Translations under genes and position numbers: made by a program
NCBI GenBank assembly: GCA_965662895.1
Contig: CBFIJH010000010.1
Location: forward strand, 9,975-73,974
From: Candidatus Poseidoniaceae archaeon
GTDB lineage: Archaea > Thermoplasmatota > Poseidoniia > Poseidoniales > Poseidoniaceae
Direction of reading: 5' to 3'
DNA: 64,000 nt
Shown here: piece by piece, positions 1 to 9,499 of the stretch
How the letters are laid out: every line of letters starts with the position of its first letter
How positions within the stretch are numbered: position 1 is the first letter of the stretch
The notes under the pieces: generated by a model
Told to the model about the DNA's origin: nothing
The model's input: only the letters and a program-made list of their open reading frames with translations
Databases searched by the model: none

Positions 1-493
1 AGAGGTCATTAACACTGGTTTTTGATGATGCAAATCGCATGATTGCGAGGATAAACAGCACATAGGAGCCAAGCATATAACGAGCATCACGTTGGTAGGC
101 CCCCCAGAAACCAAGGCCAGTCGCCCCGATGATAATTCCAATCTGGAACAACAGGGCAAGGTCTGCACTACCGAGAAGCATGAACCAAATCGTTCCTTCA
201 GGGGGCGAGATGATGTAGGTGAGAAGTGCAAGTCCGACGAGGATGACGTAAACACCGAGTTGCATGTTCTGAACGAACTTGTCCGGAGGAAGGAACTTCA
301 TCTTTGGAACAATCGGTCCACCGATGAGGCTTTCAATGAAGGAAGGCATTTCCAATTCAGGAATCGCATCTTTCGGAATTTCGGAGCCAATACCGGCTTG
401 CCCTGCGATTTTCTTCCGGCTTGGAGCAGATGATCGAACCACTTTACCGTCGTAGAGATGCGCAGTGTCTGAGGATGGTTTTCGCATTGTCAT
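1..493 (-). CDS. Multi-pass membrane protein, partial (runs off the window start); last visible gene of the MoxR/DUF58 operon
   Basis: Translated by hand from ATG at 493 (GGTGAG SD upstream): MTMRKPSSDTAHLYDG...LGVYVILVGLALLTYII...LALLFQIGIIGATGLGFWG...; open to position 1 with hydrophobic segments. Not in the ORF track because it has no stop in the window. Confidence 0.75.
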   Translation of the reverse strand, partial: MTMRKPSSDTAHLYDGKVVRSSAPSRKKIAGQAGIGSEIPKDAIPELEMPSFIESLIGGPIVPKMKFLPPDKFVQNMQLGVYVILVGLALLTYIISPPEGTIWFMLLGSADLALLFQIGIIIGATGLGFWGAYQRDARYMLGSYVLFILAIMRFASSKTSVNDL

Positions 494-502
494 CGTCTCA
501 CC

Positions 503-1816
503 TCAGAATCCTCGTGCACCCGCGAGTGCTGTTGAAAGGAGCATATCAGGCTCCCAATCCATAATGTTGACACCAAGTCCACGAAGTTCACCAATCAGGA
601 CATCACGTTCTGTCTTCATCACTTCGTATCCAGTTCGATCGAGACGCTTTGCATCAAATTCGAACTCAAGCGATGATGGTGTGAGAACGGTAACGTCGAA
701 ATCACGTGCACGGAAATCTCTCAAGGCGTTGACGATGGTTGGGTCATCTTCGAGATTGGACAAGAAGATGATTGGGCTACCCTTGTTGATGTGAGGTAGG
801 ATTCGATTAACAACGACTTGAAGTGGAATGTTTCCACGTGCTACAGCCCCAGCAAGTTTGGTGAGGATGACGTAGAGTTGCTTCTTGCCTGTGTCTCTGT
901 CGACGCTTACGACTTCATCACCGTACACAACCACTCCGACAGAGTCGCGTCGACCCAAGAAGTACTTGGCAAGTGAGGCAGCTGCCCGAGTTGAATACAC
1001 CAACGCATTTCTACTGACTGGTCCGGTTTCACTGACAGCTCGAGAATCGATGATAATGATAACATCGGATACAGCGTCGCGTTCACGCTCGTTGACCATC
1101 AGTTTACCCGAACGTGCATATGCACTCCAGTTGATGGCGCGGAACGAATCGCCTTCGAAATACTCTCGGAGCGAATAGAACTCCGAACCAGGACCAGGTT
1201 GTCGGATGTTGACCGCACCAGTGAAAATCTTCGGCACACGAGACTTAACGAAGGTCTCTTTGAGATCCTCCATCTTCGGGAACACAAGGAAATCGTTGTA
1301 GACATGCATTTCCTTTTCCTTGTGGAACAATCCAAATGGGTCTTGTATTCGTACAGCAACAGGACCTACGCTATAGAAACCTCGAAGGGGACACTCAAGC
1401 GTGTATTCGATGTAGGTCTCGCGACGAGGACCAAGTTCCATCAAAATGTAGTTGGAACCTTCCTTGATTCGCATGACTTCTGGAACGCGATCTCGAACTT
1501 CGAGAATCTTCGCAAGGCCAGAATTATTCTGCATACGTAACGTTACCGTCAATTCACCGTCTTCGAAGATGCGTGAACCTGAGAGCTTGCGCATGGCGAG
1601 AACGCTGCCTAAGGCAACCCCTTCTTCACCTGTCCACTCATCGGCTCGTCGTCCGCTGGAGGCGACGTCAGCATGGCCACCAAACAAGGCAGCCCATGTC
1701 AGGAAGACAAAGATCACAACAGCAATTGTGACCAATTGTGAATTCCTGAGCGTTAGGCCGAGAAGATACATGGCAACCGCCATGCTTCCTAGCATTGCTG
1801 ATTTACGACTCCACAT
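503..1816 (-). CDS. DUF58 domain protein (MoxR-associated, vWA-like) with N-terminal TM hairpin
   Basis: Motifs DPFGLF, EFYSLREYFEGDSFRAINWSAYAR, IIIIDSR; directly downstream of MoxR. Confidence 0.9.
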   Translation of the reverse strand: MWSRKSAMLGSMAVAMYLLGLTLRNSQLVTIAVVIFVFLTWAALFGGHADVASSGRRADEWTGEEGVALGSVLAMRKLSGSRIFEDGELTVTLRMQNNSGLAKILEVRDRVPEVMRIKEGSNYILMELGPRRETYIEYTLECPLRGFYSVGPVAVRIQDPFGLFHKEKEMHVYNDFLVFPKMEDLKETFVKSRVPKIFTGAVNIRQPGPGSEFYSLREYFEGDSFRAINWSAYARSGKLMVNERERDAVSDVIIIIDSRAVSETGPVSRNALVYSTRAAASLAKYFLGRRDSVGVVVYGDEVVSVDRDTGKKQLYVILTKLAGAVARGNIPLQVVVNRILPHINKGSPIIFLSNLEDDPTIVNALRDFRARDFDVTVLTPSSLEFEFDAKRLDRTGYEVMKTERDVLIGELRGLGVNIMDWEPDMLLSTALAGARGF

Positions 1817-1852
1817 CCGTGAACACCTCTATTCAAGTATGATTCAACGATC

Positions 1853-3001
1853 TCAAACGGTAGGTACTGGAACTTCTCGTAGAATGCTTTGCATAACTTC
1901 GCCAGCCTCGAGACCCTTGATTTGGTGCTCAGGCTTGAGGATGATTCTGTGTGCAATCGCAAGTTCTGCAACCGACTTGATGTCATCAGGCGTCACAAAG
2001 TCACGACCGCGCATTGCGGCTGCTGCACGACCAGTCTTGAGCAATGCTTGGGAACCACGAGGCGAGGAGCCAACAAGAACACGAGGATCTTCACGGGTGC
2101 GAGCAACGACTTCAACCATGTACATGCGAAGGGCAGGATCGACGTAGATGTCTTCACAAGCCTGTTGCATAGCGATAACACGTTGTGGGTCGGTAATAAC
2201 GTCAACATCGACGGCGTCCTTACCACGTGTGATACGTCGAGCGAGAATCTCGTCTTCATCAGCACGGTCTGGGTAACCGACACTCATCTTGAACATGAAA
2301 CGGTCAAGTTGAGCTTCAGGAAGTGGGTAGGTACCCTCTTGCTCGACTGGGTTCTGTGTTGCCATAACAATGAACGGAGCAGGGAGTTTGTGCGTAACGG
2401 TACCGATGGTCACTTGCTTCTCTTGCATAGCCTCAAGCAATGCAGCTTGTGTCTTTGGCGGTGCACGGTTAATCTCGTCAGCGAGAAGTAGGTTACAGAA
2501 CAACGGTCCTGGCTTGAACGTAAATTCACCCTTCTTTGCATCGTAGATGTTGGTACCAGTAATGTCGGCAGGGAGCAAGTCAGGCGTGAATTGAACACGC
2601 TTGAAGTCACAACCGAGCGCGTCAGCGAACGTATTGGTCATCAATGTCTTCGCCAATCCAGGATAATCTTCGAAGAGAAGGTTACCGTTGGAGAGAATAT
2701 TGATGAGAACGTTGTCGATGACGTGGCTCTTACCGATAATGACTTTCTGAACCTCAGCGCTGATCGCTTGTGCGATGGCGCCGACGGCGGAAAGTCGCTC
2801 ACGGACTTCTGGGGTGCTTTGGTGCTTCGGCTGGGCCGGAGCGGCCGGTGCTGCAGGAGCGGCAGGCGCTGCTGGTGCTGCAGGTGCTACAGGTGCGGCT
2901 GGTGCCGCAGGCATAGGTGCTGCAGGTGCAGGTGGCGCTGGTGCCGCTGGCGCTGCTGGCGCTGGCGCGGGCGGGGCTGCTGGTGGTGCGGGGGGTTGCA
3001 T
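1853..3001 (-). CDS. moxR: MoxR-family AAA+ ATPase with Pro/Ala-rich N-terminal extension
   Basis: Walker A EDYPGLAKT, RVQFTPDLLPADITG, Walker B LLADEINRAPPKTQAALLEAMQE, ATQNPVEQEGTYPLPEAQLDRF. Confidence 0.95.
   Translation of the reverse strand: MQPPAPPAAPPAPAPAAPAAPAPPAPAAPMPAAPAAPVAPAAPAAPAAPAAPAAPAQPKHQSTPEVRERLSAVGAIAQAISAEVQKVIIGKSHVIDNVLINILSNGNLLFEDYPGLAKTLMTNTFADALGCDFKRVQFTPDLLPADITGTNIYDAKKGEFTFKPGPLFCNLLLADEINRAPPKTQAALLEAMQEKQVTIGTVTHKLPAPFIVMATQNPVEQEGTYPLPEAQLDRFMFKMSVGYPDRADEDEILARRITRGKDAVDVDVITDPQRVIAMQQACEDIYVDPALRMYMVEVVARTREDPRVLVGSSPRGSQALLKTGRAAAAMRGRDFVTPDDIKSVAELAIAHRIILKPEHQIKGLEAGEVMQSILREVPVPTV
2828..2998 (-). repeat. Low-complexity coding repeat (PAPAAPAAP)n in the MoxR N-terminus
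   Basis: Repeated gctggtgc/gcaggtgc units on the + strand; ~57 aa almost entirely P/A. Confidence 0.85.
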
Positions 3002-3022
3002 GTCATTTTCCTCCTTTTTTCT

Positions 3023-4621
3023 TCAGTTTCCCCAACGACGAATCAATGGGATAATGTCCCGTAGTTCTTCGTTGGAATAAGATCTTGCCGAACTTACAAG
3101 TTCGACAAGGCGTGGGTCACGAACCATCTGCATGATTTCAGCAGGGGTCTTTCGGGCGAATTCGTCCCGTGTGAGGTCGTTGAATTGCCGAACCTTTGAG
3201 AGAAAGGCCTCTCTGGTTCGGACTTGGTACAATGAACTGTCAACTTTGTTTGGACGTTCACGGAATCGGGTCAAATCAAAGACATGGCGCCAATTCTCCT
3301 TTTCTGGAACGACCATAATGGCGATAGCGAGGAGGGCAAACAAGTTGAGAATGATCAACCACTTGAGGTATGCGTCACTTGTCAAAAGAACGACTGCTCC
3401 AATGGCTTCTGTAAAGGGTTGTGTTGCAACGCTTGATATGTGGCGGCTTTCATCGAAAACGATGTTGAATTCATCGGTGTTTCTTGTAATTTGGAGCGAC
3501 AATTCATCGTTGTCGAATTCCATCATATCCCGAATAAGCGCTCGGAAATACAGCTGGTTTCCTCTCCAAGCAGTGTCGCCTTGAGCAGCAAGGAGACCGT
3601 CAGGATCTGAATTCCAGCAGGTGTGGCCGTTTTCTTGGTACAGGTCAGAACCACACTGTTGTTTTCCAGTCAAATCTGCATCTCCAGCATCCCAGAGGTG
3701 GTTGGCGAAGACGGAATGGTCTGAGACAAACACAATGCTTCCGGTAACAGAAACTTCTCCGTTGTTACCGTCGGACTTGGTATCGTATGCTTCGATGTTT
3801 GGATAATCAATTCGAACGATGAGGTCTGTTTTTCCTGTCTTTGGATTTGCGACGTTGTTGATGTCGAATCCAGAACGGGCAACGAAGGCTTGATCGCTTG
3901 CAGAGGCAAGGACATTGACGTCTCGTGTATCGTCTTCAATGTCCAGAACTTGAATGGCGGTTGGTGAGTGGAAAAGAACGGGCATCCGGCAGTTGTCGGT
4001 GACGCCTGAGGAGACCTCAGCCTCCGTACACGGTGTTCTTAGCGATGCCTCGTCCATGACATCGATATCTTCGCTTACTGATGCAACGGACCACAAGCGG
4101 GTTTCTTGCGGAGCGAGGCGAGCGCCGGTTTCATCGGTAACTTCGTAGAACCATTTTCCATCAGAAACCGGTGCATCGAAGTACAAGACGCCGAATTCTT
4201 CTGCGACTCGCTTGGCATTGGTTGAATTTGCTGCAAGAATGACTTTACCGCCTTTTTCGGTGACGAAGTCATGAATGGCTTGTGCCTCAGCGGCATCGAA
4301 TGGTTTCTCCGGTGCGGCGATAATTAGCATGGTTCGGTGAGGGTCTTGCCAATCGTTGACAAGCATCGGTGTCGACATTGTGTTGTAGATTGAATATTTC
4401 TCTCCGGTTTTCCCATCTTCGCTTTCTCCAAGCGTGTCTCGCATTTTCGAAAGTTGCTGATACTGATAGTCTCCATCAGCATCTCGAACGTACGGGGAAA
4501 AGACTGTTTCCTTGGATGAGGAAGCAAGAACAATGAGAACAGTTGAGAGGAGAATCGATACGACCAAACCCACCATGAGTTTCTTTTCAACAGAGAGTTT
4601 TGTTTTCTCTGTTTCAGCCAT
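3023..4621 (-). CDS. DUF4350-like membrane-anchored protein (MoxR operon)
   Basis: N-terminal TM; LIIAAPEKPF...FVTEKGGKVILA and GSIVFVSDHSVFANH motifs; second TM near the C-terminus; GAGGTGA SD; typical MoxR/DUF58 context. Confidence 0.7.
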   Translation of the reverse strand: MAETEKTKLSVEKKLMVGLVVSILLSTVLIVLASSSKETVFSPYVRDADGDYQYQQLSKMRDTLGESEDGKTGEKYSIYNTMSTPMLVNDWQDPHRTMLIIAAPEKPFDAAEAQAIHDFVTEKGGKVILAANSTNAKRVAEEFGVLYFDAPVSDGKWFYEVTDETGARLAPQETRLWSVASVSEDIDVMDEASLRTPCTEAEVSSGVTDNCRMPVLFHSPTAIQVLDIEDDTRDVNVLASASDQAFVARSGFDINNVANPKTGKTDLIVRIDYPNIEAYDTKSDGNNGEVSVTGSIVFVSDHSVFANHLWDAGDADLTGKQQCGSDLYQENGHTCWNSDPDGLLAAQGDTAWRGNQLYFRALIRDMMEFDNDELSLQITRNTDEFNIVFDESRHISSVATQPFTEAIGAVVLLTSDAYLKWLIILNLFALLAIAIMVVPEKENWRHVFDLTRFRERPNKVDSSLYQVRTREAFLSKVRQFNDLTRDEFARKTPAEIMQMVRDPRLVELVSSARSYSNEELRDIIPLIRRWGN

Positions 4622-4748
4622 AATATCACCTCATTTTGCGGCAAGCGCAGTATGTTCTTTTCTACGGAATCACGATACACACATAATGATTCTCCCTTGA
4701 CGTTTAGTAGGATTTTTATGTCTCGGAGGACATTTTATCCCTTCCTAT

Positions 4749-5717
4749 TCAGTCAACGCCGAGGTGTTTTCGTCGAAGAAGAGCGACAATTCCAAGCACG
4801 CCAATCAGCGTTTGTGCACCAAGCGAAGGAAGGGCGGATGAATCATCCGAATCGGATGCTGATTCTGATGAGCTCGAACCGGAATCTCCGGAATTCGAAT
4901 CTGTGCTCCCGCCCGATTCATCAACATCAATACTGAACGACGTGCTGCGCTCCAAGCCGTTCCCTTCTGAAGTCACGACGATCGTGACATCACAAGTGCT
5001 GGATGAATGTGCAGTCGAAGGGGCAATTCTGAAACTCACCTCAAATGGCTCATTCCCATTGAGACCTGTTGGTTGGATTTGGGTGTCTTGTCCTGCTTCA
5101 AGACCTTCGATATCGAGAAGTGGGCAACTGCGAACATCGGCTTCAATTGTGGTCGCAGCATCGACAGTGTTGCCCATGTTGTTGAGAAGAAGGGTTTCTT
5201 CAATCCACGTCCCTGCATCAACGTTGCTTGCCACCAGTGTTACTTCTGGGAAGAGATTGTGATACCGAGGAACGTTGAGATTCGCATCGATTTCTTTCGG
5301 CGATACGGGAGCGCCTGCTGCGTTTTCTTCTGCGGTAACTTTGATGGTTATTTTCTCATTTGGATCATGACTTCGCACATCGTCTGCGCTCGATGTCAAA
5401 AGATTGATCGAGAACGTTTCGTTCGATTGGGCACTGACTGTAATGGACTCTTCATAGGACGGTTCGAGGAAATCAATATCGCCATCAAATTCGACAGCAA
5501 TCGTGAGACTGAGATCGTTGACTCGTGGGTTATCAACGAAGAAGACGAGCGTATCCTCGATTTTCCACTTTTCACCATCAAGAGCAAGATCGTAGCTCGG
5601 CTCGACATCAGAATCCCAACCAAATTCCCATTCATTGTTGCCAGGAAACTGCCCCGATGTTGATGGAAGCACAGCACTCACAAGAATCAGAAGAACCAAA
5701 ACTGCTCCTCGTTTCAT
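4749..5717 (-). CDS. Secreted acidic Ig-like protein with Ser-rich linker and C-terminal sorting-signal-like anchor
   Basis: Signal peptide MKRGAVLVLLILVSAVLP; ends with S/D linker-LPSLG-TM-LLRRK. Confidence 0.75.
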   Translation of the reverse strand: MKRGAVLVLLILVSAVLPSTSGQFPGNNEWEFGWDSDVEPSYDLALDGEKWKIEDTLVFFVDNPRVNDLSLTIAVEFDGDIDFLEPSYEESITVSAQSNETFSINLLTSSADDVRSHDPNEKITIKVTAEENAAGAPVSPKEIDANLNVPRYHNLFPEVTLVASNVDAGTWIEETLLLNNMGNTVDAATTIEADVRSCPLLDIEGLEAGQDTQIQPTGLNGNEPFEVSFRIAPSTAHSSSTCDVTIVVTSEGNGLERSTSFSIDVDESGGSTDSNSGDSGSSSSESASDSDDSSALPSLGAQTLIGVLGIVALLRRKHLGVD

Positions 5718-6694
5718 GCTTCATCACCAAGAATTTCTCGAAGACTACGCTTTGTGAGAACTCGGACCATCGATTTACGATACCTTGGAGGCAATGCAGT
5801 GTTGTTGACTGGTTTAACAGATTTCATCACGGCTTCTGAAAGTGGATTGATCAACGTGCTGGAAAATGCTTCATCAAACGCATCAATCTCGGCTTGGTGC
5901 GATTTTGGAATTGATTCCAAAGCAGTCGATGCGATGCGTAGGGACGAAGGGGTGCCAGGAATCCATGACGAGGCCACACCGGCTTCAGGGAAATCCCAAG
6001 ATTCCCGGATTCTCAGTTTTTTGTAGGACCCAATCCGATCTTCAACGCCCTCTGGGAATGTAACTTTGAGCACAAATTCACCGGTTTCAAGAACGTTGCG
6101 AGTTATGCCATCAAGCTGGAAGAATTCATCCACGGGGACCTCACGCTGCCCGTTTGGGCCAATAATGTGAATCGTTCCTTCCAGAACCATAAGTGATGGA
6201 GCAAGGTCGCCCTGATACGTTGCAACACAGAGCGTATTTTGATTCGGAATGACGCGGCAATCCGAGCCTGTTCCACAGTCCTCTTTGTGGCACCAATCGA
6301 TTGATCGTCGCCAGTCTTCGCTTTGGTTGAACCAGAAACACCGCGTATCCAAACAGATGTTTCCACCGAGTGTAGCATTGTTTCGAATTAAGGACGAGGC
6401 GATTTTGCTTGCTGCCTTCGCAATGAGAGGATGAACTGCATCGGACGAGGTCAATGCTCCCAATCGAGCCATAGCACCGATTTCATGCATTGAAATCGTA
6501 TCGATTCCATCGATTTGAGCGAGAGATATAACGTGTTTCTTCACGTTGATGTGCCACTTGTAATTCGGCAACAGGTCGGTTCCTCCTGCAACCCAATCGA
6601 ACGCTTCCTCATTTGCTAGGAAGGTTGCGGCAAGTTCGCATGCCTCCTCAACAGTTTTCGGATGATGCAAATTAAAAGGTGGCATCAGCATCAT
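5714..6694 (-). CDS. FAD-binding subunit of a xanthine-oxidase-family molybdoenzyme with [4Fe-4S] insertion (HcrB/PaoB type)
   Basis: AGGTDL, IRNNATLGGNICLDTRC; Cys-rich insertion CFWFNQSEDWRRSIDWCHKEDCGTGSDCRVIPNQNTLC; ATGA overlaps with both neighbours. Confidence 0.88.
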   Translation of the reverse strand: MMLMPPFNLHHPKTVEEACELAATFLANEEAFDWVAGGTDLLPNYKWHINVKKHVISLAQIDGIDTISMHEIGAMARLGALTSSDAVHPLIAKAASKIASSLIRNNATLGGNICLDTRCFWFNQSEDWRRSIDWCHKEDCGTGSDCRVIPNQNTLCVATYQGDLAPSLMVLEGTIHIIGPNGQREVPVDEFFQLDGITRNVLETGEFVLKVTFPEGVEDRIGSYKKLRIRESWDFPEAGVASSWIPGTPSSLRIASTALESIPKSHQAEIDAFDEAFSSTLINPLSEAVMKSVKPVNNTALPPRYRKSMVRVLTKRSLREILGDEA

Positions 6695-9495
6695 TGATCA
6701 CCTTCCATCTGTCGTTGTTCTTTCTTCAACCAAGCCTTTCCTGCAAGACCGAGTTCTGCCAATTGTTCTGGAACTGGTTCAACTGCGGATTTCCATCCTT
6801 CAACCTGGTCCTCGAGTGGTTGATTGGGGTCAAATCCGAACAATACGCCGTTTACGTAAGCAGTGGTATCTTCGCTTCGTTGCCGGCGACGGTCCCGCTC
6901 TTTGTGCTCTGTACCACGTTCGACCAAGGTTGCTTGAAGAGGACTGTGCTCAAGTCGAGGCGTGGGCAATTCTGCCTCATCAATACCACCAAGTTCCTTG
7001 GTTTTCGCCGATATTGCTTTCCACACAACGTCTGGTGTAAGCGGTAGGCTTCGAATTCGGACACCAATCGCATCGTAGACAGCGTTGACAACAGCCGGTA
7101 GAATCGGTAAGAGTGGTCCTTCGCCCGCTTCTTTTGCTCCGAATGGCCCTTCCGGATCGGAGGATTCGACAATGATTGGCGTCACGTGAGGCATTTCATG
7201 AACGGATGGAATTTTGTATTCTAGGAGATTTGGGTTTTGAAGGTGACCTGTTCGACCATACACCATTTTCTCCGAAAGCACCTGCCCCAATCCCATGTGA
7301 CACGAACCAATAATCTGGCCTTCAACTGCAAGCGGATTCAACGCTTTTCCACAATCGTGAGCAGCCCAGACATTCGTGCACGAGACCAAACCGGTTTCGA
7401 CGTCGACATCGACTTCAGCAACATACGCTGAAAAGGAATATGCAGGGGCGAGGCCAGCCGCAGCACCTTTGTGCACACCACCCATCGGTGGAGAGCGATA
7501 TGCACCGCTCGAAATCAAGGAGCCTTTGTCCTCTTGTGCCTTGTGCAGTGCTTCAAGGTAGGAAACTCCAACGGCAGGGTCGTGTTTGTAATAGATTCGC
7601 CGATCGTTCAAGACCAGAACATCTGGGTGGTAACCCAGTATTTCCCACGCTGCGTTGAGAAGCTTTTCGCGAATGTCAAGCGCAGCACGAATTGCTGCAT
7701 TTGCGTTCATGAAGGTGACTCTGCTCGAATAGGAGCCGAGATCTACCGGACTGGTATCGCTTTCGTGAGAACGGACGTGAATCATCTCAATTGGAAGTGC
7801 GAGGACCTCGGAGACAACTTGAGCCACCGCTGTTGTCGAACCTTGACCGATATCAGCTGCGCCTGTATGAACAGTGACTCCACCGTCCATGTCAATTTGC
7901 ATGTGAACTGTGGCATGAGGGAAACGGTTCGGGTCCCAGTGAATAGGAAGACCCGACCCTGAAATGAAGAAACCACAACCAATTCCTATGCCCTTTCCAA
8001 GAGGCAATTGACGGAATTTCTCATCCCAATTCGAACCTTCTCTCACTCGTTCAAGCGCCTCCCTCATCCCGTTTGAGGTGATGCGGAAACCTGAGATGGT
8101 TCGGCTGTGTGGTGGCAACAAGTTTGCAAGACGCAAATCGATGGGGTCAACCTGCATTTGTTCTGCCATTTCATCGAGACCCACTTCAACAGCACATCGC
8201 GTGTTGACTGCTCCATGGCCTCGCATGGCTCCACTTGCAGGTTTGTTTGTCCAAACTCGAGCACCCGTGTAATGGAACGAACCAAGTTCATATGGAGCGG
8301 TTGCGAGAACGCCGTTGTAATAGGATGTGACGTGTCCGAAGGAAGCAAAACCACCTCCATCGATCAATGCATCGATATCAAAGCCCGATATTCGAGCCTC
8401 TTCGTCAGCTGTCATCTTCACTTCGATGTAACTTGGATGACGTCCACGATTAATCCAATAGACCTCTTCTCGTGTAAAGTTGATTCGAACTGGACGTCCT
8501 GCCTTTCGAGAGAGAATTGCAGCACACATCTCGTGTGGGAATGGGTCCGATTTTCCACCAAAACCTCCGCCAACGAAGGTTCGAATGACGTTGATTTGAT
8601 GCATTGGAACTTCAAGCACAGTCGAAAGTGCTCGATGCGCATAGTGAGGAACTTGCTGGGGCGTGTACAGTTGAAGTCGTCCGTTCGGGTCCCAATGAGC
8701 GACAACAGCATGAGGTTCTGTGAATCCATGATGGACACCCTCCATCCGCCATTTTCCATGCGATGATGCGGTTGGATCGTCAACCAAACTGCGATCACCA
8801 AATTCTTGGAAAACCCGCTTTTGGACGTTGGTTGTACCGACGTGGTATTTTCCACGCCAGTGAATCGGTTCGTCTTGATCTTCAAGTCCTTTTCGCGGGT
8901 CGAAAATAGGATCGAGAACTTCCCATTCAATTTCGAACAGATTGAGCGCTTCCATTGCAGTTGCCTCATCGATAGCTGCAACACATGCGACTAAATCCCC
9001 TACGTGACGAACTTTCTCAACCGCCATTGCATGCTCGTCTTTGGTCACTGGAAGAACTCCGAACGTATTCGGCGCATCCGCTCCAGTGGCGACAGCTAAG
9101 ACGCCCGGCAAGGCTTCAACTTTGGACGTATCAATCGACTTGATCTTTGCATAATGATGCGGAGAACGTAGAATTTTTCCAATAATCTCATTCGGTAATC
9201 GAACATCATCCCCGTACCATGCTTGCCCTGTCACTTTGGCGTGCGAATCGACCAAAGCACGAGGCTTTCCGACTTCCGTTCCCGTTCGGTATCGGTCATG
9301 GATGTGTGAACCTGCGGGTTGGGGTTCTTTTCCTCCAACAGATTCAGGAATCGAGTCAAGGTCTCGAGGAGCCATGTTTGGTCGAGAACCTCCAGAACCA
9401 GGTGGCGGGAATTTCTGTTTCCCTGCAACACGCTTTCCATCCTTTCGGGTCTCACCCGAGGATGCGCCTGGCTGTTGTCGGTAACCCCCTGCCAT
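6691..9495 (-). CDS. Molybdopterin-binding large subunit, 4-hydroxybenzoyl-CoA reductase alpha (HcrA)-like
   Basis: KVTG, ILRSPH, FGVLP, QVPH, GGGFGGK, GAMRGHG, TGAADIGQGS, GSYSSRVTFM, GPFGAKEAGEG. Start reassigned to ATG 9495 (MAGGY), preceded by a GAGGTGA SD that overlaps the upstream stop. Confidence 0.9.
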   Translation of the reverse strand: MAGGYRQQPGASSGETRKDGKRVAGKQKFPPPGSGGSRPNMAPRDLDSIPESVGGKEPQPAGSHIHDRYRTGTEVGKPRALVDSHAKVTGQAWYGDDVRLPNEIIGKILRSPHHYAKIKSIDTSKVEALPGVLAVATGADAPNTFGVLPVTKDEHAMAVEKVRHVGDLVACVAAIDEATAMEALNLFEIEWEVLDPIFDPRKGLEDQDEPIHWRGKYHVGTTNVQKRVFQEFGDRSLVDDPTASSHGKWRMEGVHHGFTEPHAVVAHWDPNGRLQLYTPQQVPHYAHRALSTVLEVPMHQINVIRTFVGGGFGGKSDPFPHEMCAAILSRKAGRPVRINFTREEVYWINRGRHPSYIEVKMTADEEARISGFDIDALIDGGGFASFGHVTSYYNGVLATAPYELGSFHYTGARVWTNKPASGAMRGHGAVNTRCAVEVGLDEMAEQMQVDPIDLRLANLLPPHSRTISGFRITSNGMREALERVREGSNWDEKFRQLPLGKGIGIGCGFFISGSGLPIHWDPNRFPHATVHMQIDMDGGVTVHTGAADIGQGSTTAVAQVVSEVLALPIEMIHVRSHESDTSPVDLGSYSSRVTFMNANAAIRAALDIREKLLNAAWEILGYHPDVLVLNDRRIYYKHDPAVGVSYLEALHKAQEDKGSLISSGAYRSPPMGGVHKGAAAGLAPAYSFSAYVAEVDVDVETGLVSCTNVWAAHDCGKALNPLAVEGQIIGSCHMGLGQVLSEKMVYGRTGHLQNPNLLEYKIPSVHEMPHVTPIIVESSDPEGPFGAKEAGEGPLLPILPAVVNAVYDAIGVRIRSLPLTPDVVWKAISAKTKELGGIDEAELPTPRLEHSPLQATLVERGTEHKERDRRRQRSEDTTAYVNGVLFGFDPNQPLEDQVEGWKSAVEPVPEQLAELGLAGKAWLKKEQRQMEGDQ

Positions 9496-9499
9496 GAAA

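Noticed and set aside
2775-3080. Gly/Ala-rich + strand ORF (GAAGAAG..., silk/PE-PGRS-like)
   Set aside because: It is the antisense shadow of the MoxR Pro/Ala repeat.
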